The translations under genes were made by a program, and so were the position numbers. From an uncultured Erysipelotrichaceae bacterium (GTDB taxonomy: Bacteria > Bacillota_I > Bacilli_A > RF39 > UBA660), in NCBI GenBank assembly GCA_902764545.1, contig CACWWC010000004.1:1746-65745 (forward strand): DNA of 64,000 nucleotides, given 5' to 3'. This document shows positions 58,250 to 64,000 of the stretch, piece after piece (the first letter of the stretch is position 1; the number at the start of each line of letters is the position of its first letter). The notes under the pieces are model-generated. The model saw nothing but the letters and a program-made list of their open reading frames with translations. It was not told the origin of the DNA and searched no databases.

Positions 58250-59247
58250 TATTTATCACCATCTTTATATATTTGACTTATGATTTCTTCTAGAGGAATA
58301 TTTGATATATTAATATCAATAATGTTGTCTATGTTAAGTAGATTTATAGCATCAGATATAGTTTTCTTTTTTAAATCAACTTCTAATTTTAAATTATAAT
58401 CTTTATCCTTTAAAATATTAATTCCTTCTACATCGTCAAGGTTAACTTTTTCTTTCATTTTAACATCGATTATTTTTTTATTAAGATAATGATATTTCAA
58501 ATTATCCATAGTATCATCTAATACAATTTGTCCCTTATTAACAATTATTACTCTTTTGCATAATTTTTCAATATCTGATATATCATGAGATGTTAAAACT
58601 ACTGTTGTCTTGTACTCTTTATTCATTCTCTTTATTAAAGTTCTAATTTTTTCCTTAACAACAGGATCTAGTCCAATGGTTGGTTCATCTAGAAATAATA
58701 TTTTAGGTTCATGTATCAGTGATGCAACTATTTCACAACGGATTCTTTGACCTAAGCTTAAGTTTCTAACTGGTGTATTTATAAATTCTTCTAATTCAAA
58801 TAATTCTCTTAGTTCTTCTATTTTCTTTTCTACTATAGATTCTGGAATATCATATATTGCTCCAAAAAACTTAAAATTGTCATATGGAGTTAAATGTGTC
58901 CACAATTGTTCTTTCTGACCAAAGACACATCCAATTGAATAAGCAAGACGTTTTCTATCTTTACTTGGGTCAAGTCCCAATATATCAATTGTTCCATTAT
59001 CTGGAAATAATATCCCTGTCATCATCTTTATTGAGGTTGACTTTCCTGCTCCATTTGGTCCAATAAATGCAATTATTTCTCCTTTATCTACTGAAAAAGA
59101 AATATTTTTTACAGCTTTGATGATATTATATTTTGGCTTTATAATGGACTTTAGGCTTCCTTTTAATCCTTTTTCTTTTACTTTAACTTTAAATACTTTT
59201 GATAACTTTTTTACTGTTATTACTGCCATACTTCCAACTCCCTTCAT
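58249..59247 (-). CDS. ABC transporter ATP-binding protein (DrrA-like, with a C-terminal extension)
   Basis: Walker A 'GPNGAGKST', signature 'LSLGQRIR' and Walker B 'LFLDEPT'. Confidence 0.85.
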   Translation of the reverse strand: MKGVGSMAVITVKKLSKVFKVKVKEKGLKGSLKSIIKPKYNIIKAVKNISFSVDKGEIIAFIGPNGAGKSTSIKMMTGILFPDNGTIDILGLDPSKDRKRLAYSIGCVFGQKEQLWTHLTPYDNFKFFGAIYDIPESIVEKKIEELRELFELEEFINTPVRNLSLGQRIRCEIVASLIHEPKILFLDEPTIGLDPVVKEKIRTLIKRMNKEYKTTVVLTSHDISDIEKLCKRVIIVNKGQIVLDDTMDNLKYHYLNKKIIDVKMKEKVNLDDVEGINILKDKDYNLKLEVDLKKKTISDAINLLNIDNIIDINISNIPLEEIISQIYKDGDK

Positions 59248-59300
59248 TTATTATCTCCATAGATTTTATCATCAAAACCATTATAATATAAAAACAAATA

Positions 59301-59394
59301 AAAAACACGATGTGACTATTAAAAAATAGTGACTCCGTGTTATACGTGTAGGATTATTTCCCTATGTAGCTCGTTTCCTTATACATACTCACTT
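59301..59394 (-). promoter_or_regulatory. riboswitch-like leader element, copy B (three-stem element plus terminator)
   Basis: The roughly 68-nt element at 59327-59394 is nearly identical to copy A. Its 3' arm can instead pair into a terminator (59301-59340) followed by U6. Confidence 0.55.
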
Positions 59395-59418
59395 AAATCT
59401 ATGAAGATTTTGGTCGAG

Positions 59419-59520
59419 AAAAAAATACGGAATACACTACTAATATGATTAGTAGTGACTCCGTATTACGTGTAGAATTATAAATTCCTATGCAGCTCGT
59501 TTCCTTATGCATACTCACTC
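59419..59520 (-). promoter_or_regulatory. riboswitch-like leader element, copy A (three-stem element plus terminator)
   Basis: The element at 59452-59520 is followed by a 10+6-bp terminator hairpin (59426-59466) and U7 (59419-59425). Confidence 0.55.
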
Positions 59521-59532
59521 GACTTGTTTTAG

Positions 59533-59561
59533 ATAATAACATATTATTTTGTTATTGTCAA
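59533..59561 (-). promoter_or_regulatory. extended -10 promoter of the leader/exporter operon
   Basis: The minus strand reads TTGACA, a 17-nt spacer, then TATTAT, with TGt immediately before the -10 hexamer. Confidence 0.7.
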
Positions 59562-59572
59562 CTATTTTTTGT

Positions 59573-60232
59573 TTACATATAATATTGATTATTATTCATT
59601 TTTAGTTGTTGTATCAAGTATTCATCATTTTTATAATACATTTGTTCTTTTGTATTTGGTATATCATTTACACCTTTTTTGAACATTTTTTCATAATAAT
59701 CAAATAATTCTTTAAATCTAGCGTAGTGAATTATTTCTCTTTGTCTTAGCCATATTAAAGGCCCTATTACATCTGGATCATCTGTTAAGTCTATTAAATT
59801 TTCATAAACTGCTCGTGCTTTTTGCTCTGCAGCCATATCTTCTGAGATATCAGCTAGTGGATCTCCTGTTGTTGCGAAATAAGCAGTTGTAAATGGTACT
59901 CCATTGGCATCTGTTGGAAACAGACCTTTCGCATGTTCTGCATAGTGTGTATCTAACCCAGCTTCTTTGATTTCTTCTAATGTTGCATCTTTCATTAGTT
60001 GGTGAATCATTGTTTCTAACATTTCAACGTGTCCTAATTCTTCTGTTCCAATGTCATTAAGAAGCGCCCTTCCCTTATCATCTGGCATTGACATCCTTTG
60101 ATTTAAATATCTTAGCGCAGCACCTAATTCTCCATTGGCACCACCATATTGTGTTACTAGATATTTTGCCATACGTAAGTCTTTCTTTTTAATATTTACA
60201 GGATACTGTAACCTTTTGTGATAACTAAACAT
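59573..60232 (-). CDS. cotJC: manganese catalase-family spore coat protein CotJC
   Basis: 'YPVNIKKKDLRMAKYLVTQYGGANGELGAALRYLNQR' and 'EELGHVEM' are the ferritin-like di-metal motifs typical of CotJC. Confidence 0.85.
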   Translation of the reverse strand: MFSYHKRLQYPVNIKKKDLRMAKYLVTQYGGANGELGAALRYLNQRMSMPDDKGRALLNDIGTEELGHVEMLETMIHQLMKDATLEEIKEAGLDTHYAEHAKGLFPTDANGVPFTTAYFATTGDPLADISEDMAAEQKARAVYENLIDLTDDPDVIGPLIWLRQREIIHYARFKELFDYYEKMFKKGVNDIPNTKEQMYYKNDEYLIQQLKMNNNQYYM

Positions 60233-60653
60233 TTCTATCCTCCCATGGCCATTTATCTGATTCCCAGGTAAATGATTTATTCATTTCTTCACTATTTATG
60301 TTTAATGGTCCATAGTTTCGCTCATATTCCTCTATCAATCTATTAGCTTGTTTTTGGTAATCCATAAATAACATAAACATACTTCTATCCTCTGGGTGCA
60401 TATCAAGATATAAATTTAAATCATGTGCTGCAAAACAAATTGCTGATAGCTCATATAATTTTCTTTCTTGAGCATTTTTAGGTTTTAATTTTTCTGGTGA
60501 ATAATCCTTATATTGACTATATAGATTTTTAAACATATTTCCTTTTTCAAATCCTTCTTGCGGATTAAACAAGTCATTCTCATATGGATTATTAGTATAA
60601 TTATTCATATAAGCATTATTTCTAAACCAGTCATAATTTATATAGTTATTCAT
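60225..60653 (-). CDS. cotJB: spore coat protein CotJB
   Basis: 'LYELSAICFAAHDLNLYLDMHPED' and 'YERNYGPL'. It overlaps cotJC. Start set at the ATG after AGGGAG. Confidence 0.75.
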   Translation of the reverse strand: MNNYINYDWFRNNAYMNNYTNNPYENDLFNPQEGFEKGNMFKNLYSQYKDYSPEKLKPKNAQERKLYELSAICFAAHDLNLYLDMHPEDRSMFMLFMDYQKQANRLIEEYERNYGPLNINSEEMNKSFTWESDKWPWEDRNV

Positions 60654-60788
60654 AATATCTCCCTTCAAATTAATGTATTCTGGTCATTTATAACTAATAA
60701 GGACATGCGCCCATTTTTTTATAAAAAAATAAAATAATACTTGTCAAATGTATCTTTTGTTGATAAAATAATCTTGTGTTTTTGAAAT

Positions 60789-60865
60789 GGCGCCGTTGGT
60801 GAAGTGGTTAACACGCTAGTTTGTGGCACTAGTATGCATGAGTTCGATTCTCATACGACGCCCCA
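60789..60865 (+). tRNA. tRNA-His (anticodon GTG)
   Basis: Extra 5' G(-1) opposite C73, anticodon loop ttGTGgc, T-arm atgagttcgattctcat, encoded CCA. There is one C-A mismatch in the acceptor stem. Confidence 0.85.
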
Positions 60866-60876
60866 TTTGGAATATA

Positions 60877-60901
60877 AAAGGACTTGTAAGAAGTCCTTTT
60901 T
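60877..60901 (+). terminator. rho-independent terminator after tRNA-His
   Basis: Hairpin aaaggactt/aagtccttt with loop gtaag; its T-rich 3' arm runs into ttta. Confidence 0.7.
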
Positions 60902-61295
60902 ATGTTATTACTTGCATATAATAAAAATTATTCAAGGAATATAATTATATATATGATATACCGCGTCATTTAAACATACCTAGTTTTGGAATATTATCCA
61001 ACAATTTTATAATAAGAGAAGTTAATGTAGAATGCTTGTGGAGTTTTTTCCTAAAAAATTTTTTAACTGAATTAAGCTTATATTTATTAAGGTAGATAGT
61101 CCATATCTATCTTTTTTAATTATATATATATTTCTTGTCTAGGACTTATTAATTCTTTTGATTTGTTATTAAACTAGTAGTTTAAGTTTATTATCTAATA
61201 CTTGTTCCGAAAAGTCATAAAGTTGACTTTATTTGTTTTTGTGCTTATAATACACTTCAATATATTATAAATATTACAAGAAAAGAGGGAAAAAT

Positions 61296-62513
61296 ATGTC
61301 AAGGAATGCTTTTTTTACAATTAATAACCAAAAAGAACTAAGTATAAAGGGCTTTTGCCAAGATAATTATTGTGATACTTCAGATGGTTTTTTTAATTCT
61401 TTGTTTGCCGGCAATTCCCAAGGATTTATCACTAGATTTTTATTTAAAAAGTACGGCTATACTTTCAATATTCTTGACCCTGATATTGAAAAAAAAGAAC
61501 AAATGGTTAAACAGCAGATATTTCGTTCTTCTAATTTTTCTGATAAAATCATTTATTCATTAATTAATAATTGTGCTTTTAAAAAGCAAGATTTGCCAAG
61601 AGTTTTGAATAGTATAAACAAAATGATTTTTGAATTGAATACCTTTTATAATTCTAATCAAGATGAGGTTGCTCATATAAATAACATCCTAAATCAATTA
61701 GCGGCTGGTATTACTGCTTTCCAAGAAGAAGGCAAAAAAGATGAATTGTTTATTTTTCAGCCCGCTACATGGGGTGGAGTTATTATCCCATATATATTTG
61801 CTTATAATAACATGGATGACTTTAGTAAAAAAATTAAGTTGTTATTTCCTGATAAAGATATGAAAGAATGTAAGCAAATTATCATAGAATCTCGGGGAAA
61901 AATTGATAACAACTATGATGATATAGATGTAGTCAACATTGATGATGATAGTGTTAGTTTTACTTCATTAACAACTTATTTTGGGAAAGAACCTAAGTAT
62001 TATAACTGGGAAAATAATATATTTCTACTAAAACACATATTAAATGAAATATATTTTGTACCAAAACAATCTATTACTACAAAAAAGGCAAGAATGCGTA
62101 TGGCTTTAGATGTTTTAAGAGTTCCAAATGCTGAAAATTTTTTATCTAGTTATAATTTTAATGTTTCTGAAGAAGAATTATCTCTTATATCTCAAAAATA
62201 TCAGACAGCTAAAAAAATAACAGCCGAAACTATTCATAGAACTTATAGTAAAGGTGAAGAAGTAATGAAAGAGAGTATTATTCAAGATTTAGAAAAACTT
62301 GGGATTACTTCAACTAATAAATTTATTACTCCCGAAAAATTTATAGAGGCAACATATTCTGGATACTTTCATGAATATATTAATCCATTAGTGGAAAATT
62401 ATAAAGAAGCGGGAGATATATTCGATGAAGAAAGCCACGTAAGGCCAGTATCCTTTACAATGGGGAGAAAAGAGTTAAAAAAAGCCCTAATTAAAGGTAT
62501 GTCTGATAATTAA
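61296..62513 (+). CDS. hypothetical protein
   Basis: 405-aa ORF with AGAGGGA upstream. No motif recognised. Confidence 0.5.
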   Translation: MSRNAFFTINNQKELSIKGFCQDNYCDTSDGFFNSLFAGNSQGFITRFLFKKYGYTFNILDPDIEKKEQMVKQQIFRSSNFSDKIIYSLINNCAFKKQDLPRVLNSINKMIFELNTFYNSNQDEVAHINNILNQLAAGITAFQEEGKKDELFIFQPATWGGVIIPYIFAYNNMDDFSKKIKLLFPDKDMKECKQIIIESRGKIDNNYDDIDVVNIDDDSVSFTSLTTYFGKEPKYYNWENNIFLLKHILNEIYFVPKQSITTKKARMRMALDVLRVPNAENFLSSYNFNVSEEELSLISQKYQTAKKITAETIHRTYSKGEEVMKESIIQDLEKLGITSTNKFITPEKFIEATYSGYFHEYINPLVENYKEAGDIFDEESHVRPVSFTMGRKELKKALIKGMSDN

Positions 62514-62718
62514 GTCAAAACAAAACATAAACTATAATAATATCTCTCATTTTCTCACTCCATTTTTATTGTATCAAAAAAGTAGACATTCTTTTTTATC
62601 GTGTCTACTTTTATTATATCAGTTTAGAAAATAGTTTTTTCCTTTATTGTATTTTTTATTTAGTAATTTACAAAGTATTGTTTTTAGTGTAAAATATACA
62701 CGAATTACGAGGGATAAT

Positions 62719-63414
62719 ATGAATATACGAGAAGAGCAATGGAAGTTACATAATATAAAAGAAAGAAAATTATTAATTAATGGATTGAAAACAGGTAAAA
62801 TAACTCCATATGATGATGAGTTAATAGAAAAATTAAGAACAATCTATTATGGAGGAATGCCAGCATCTATTATATTATTATCAGATGGTTTATCTAATGG
62901 TCATTGTTATGATAGAGCACTACTTATGTCTAGAGCATTCTTAGACACAGATGATGATGTTAAATTAGTATATGCAACAATAGACAGTATTAGATTAAAT
63001 CCACAATATCAAAATAGAGATGATCCTATGTTTGCAGATCATTGTTTCGTAGAAAGAACTACATCTAATGGTAAGAAATTGATATATGATACATCTGCTG
63101 GATTAATCTACGACAAAAAATTATATTGGATGATGGAACATCCTAAAGTAAGAAAAGAAAATAGTAAAGAAGCAATAATGGAGTTTATTAAGTTAGATGA
63201 AGAGTATTATCCAGAGAATATAGAAATAGATAAATATGCTTCACCACTAATATTACCTTTTATTGAAATGTCTTATGGTAGACCAAACGAAATGTATTCA
63301 ATGTTAGGAATAGAATTACTGCAAAGAGAGATAGAACATTTTAAAAATGTAATAAACTATGATCAAGTCTGTAAAGAGATGGATGAAGATATGAAAAAAT
63401 ATGGATTTAAATAA
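62719..63414 (+). CDS. hypothetical protein with a possible papain/transglutaminase-like Cys-His-Asp arrangement
   Basis: Start moved to the ATG at 62719 after GAGGGA. The order 'NGHCYDRA', 'ADHCFVE' and 'IYDTS' is reminiscent of a Cys-His-Asp triad. Confidence 0.4.
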   Translation: MNIREEQWKLHNIKERKLLINGLKTGKITPYDDELIEKLRTIYYGGMPASIILLSDGLSNGHCYDRALLMSRAFLDTDDDVKLVYATIDSIRLNPQYQNRDDPMFADHCFVERTTSNGKKLIYDTSAGLIYDKKLYWMMEHPKVRKENSKEAIMEFIKLDEEYYPENIEIDKYASPLILPFIEMSYGRPNEMYSMLGIELLQREIEHFKNVINYDQVCKEMDEDMKKYGFK

Positions 63415-63527
63415 AAAAGAATAGTAAAAACAATTACTATTTTTTTTTATTATATTAATTATTAAACCAGAAAGTTGACATTATTATAAAAACCTTTATA
63501 ATAATTATCAACTTCAGGGAGGTTATT

Positions 63528-63767
63528 ATGGATAAAGATTATGTAGAGATATATTCAAAATTATTATTGAATAGAATTAAAGGTATTGTAAAATCACGTT
63601 TGGTAGAAAAAGATGAATCAAGAGAAAAAGCAACTGACGAGAAAATGCTTAAAGTAATTGAAAGTCTTATAGTAGAAATAAATGGTAAAAGAAAAGATGA
63701 TTTAAATATTAGTTTTTTTGTAAATGAAATGAATGATGGTCGTTTCTTGGATGCATTGTGTATGTAG
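63528..63767 (+). CDS. hypothetical protein; the frame continues past an in-frame TAG to the window end
   Basis: 79-aa ORF after GGGAGG. After the TAG at 63765-63767 the same frame has no stop for 77 more codons. Confidence 0.45.
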   Translation: MDKDYVEIYSKLLLNRIKGIVKSRLVEKDESREKATDEKMLKVIESLIVEINGKRKDDLNISFFVNEMNDGRFLDALCM

Positions 63768-64000
63768 TATGTTGCCATATATAATGATAATGTTGAATTA
63801 TTAAATGATATTTTAGATAATAATATTCATCTAAATGTATCTGATCTTGTTCTTTTATACAAAAAACTTACAGATAAAATTGATAGAAAAACATACTTGT
63901 ATTTACTAAAAAATGAAAAAGTTGCTGTTGAAAATTTTATATATTCAATTAAACTAGACAGTGATAATATTAACGGAAATGAAATTGCTATATCTAGATT

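Noticed and set aside
60669-60760. A possible cotJA gene or remnant upstream of cotJB (minus strand ATG GGC GCA TGT CCT TAT TAG).
   Set aside because: Only 6 codons lie before the stop, with no SD. That is too short to call. CotJA may simply be absent or located elsewhere.

Overview
This is a 64-kb chromosomal window from a very AT-rich, spore-forming low-GC Firmicute (coding DNA looks about 25-30% G+C by eye). cotJB/cotJC, Ku/LigD and a CIRCE-controlled clpB fit Erysipelotrichales or Clostridia; I cannot assign it further without a database search. The standard bacterial code fits. About 70 protein genes are tightly packed, mostly on the minus strand, with 3 tRNAs (Gly-GCC and Cys-GCA on the minus strand, His-GTG on the plus strand) and no rRNA or CRISPR array.

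Recognisable housekeeping content:
- CoA biosynthesis (coaD, coaE) and mtnN
- a NifS-like cysteine desulfurase operon
- a three-gene NHEJ operon (Ku plus a split LigD)
- an M29 aminopeptidase, a DHH phosphoesterase and Nudix hydrolases
- an ABC-F ATPase, a sirtuin, an S66 LD-carboxypeptidase and two ABC exporters
- an N-domain-less ClpB behind a CIRCE operator, and cotJB/cotJC

Accessory content:
- a Fic/VbhA-like toxin-antitoxin pair inside a small signalling cassette flanked by two paralogous LysR genes (2.1-7.2 kb)
- a roughly 13-kb island (about 26.1-39.0 kb) ending at tRNA-Gly. It carries a short large-serine-recombinase, a MOB relaxase, decayed GNAT and APH fragments, an AraC-controlled pair of unknown genes, and an unexplained operon of a HerA/TraD-like ATPase, a cysteine-repeat protein and a J-domain protein

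The three items most worth follow-up:
1. The ATPase / Cys-repeat / J-domain operon (26.4-29.8 kb).
2. A roughly 630-nt G+C-enriched ORF-free transcription unit with its own consensus promoter and terminator, directly upstream of a 4-TM protein (44.5-45.2 kb). This is OLE-RNA/OapA-like synteny.
3. Two tandem copies of a roughly 68-nt three-stem RNA element, each with its own terminator and with a compensatory base-pair change between copies, in the leader of an ABC-2 exporter operon (59.3-59.56 kb).

All functional calls rest on motifs read by eye from the translations. No homology searches were run.
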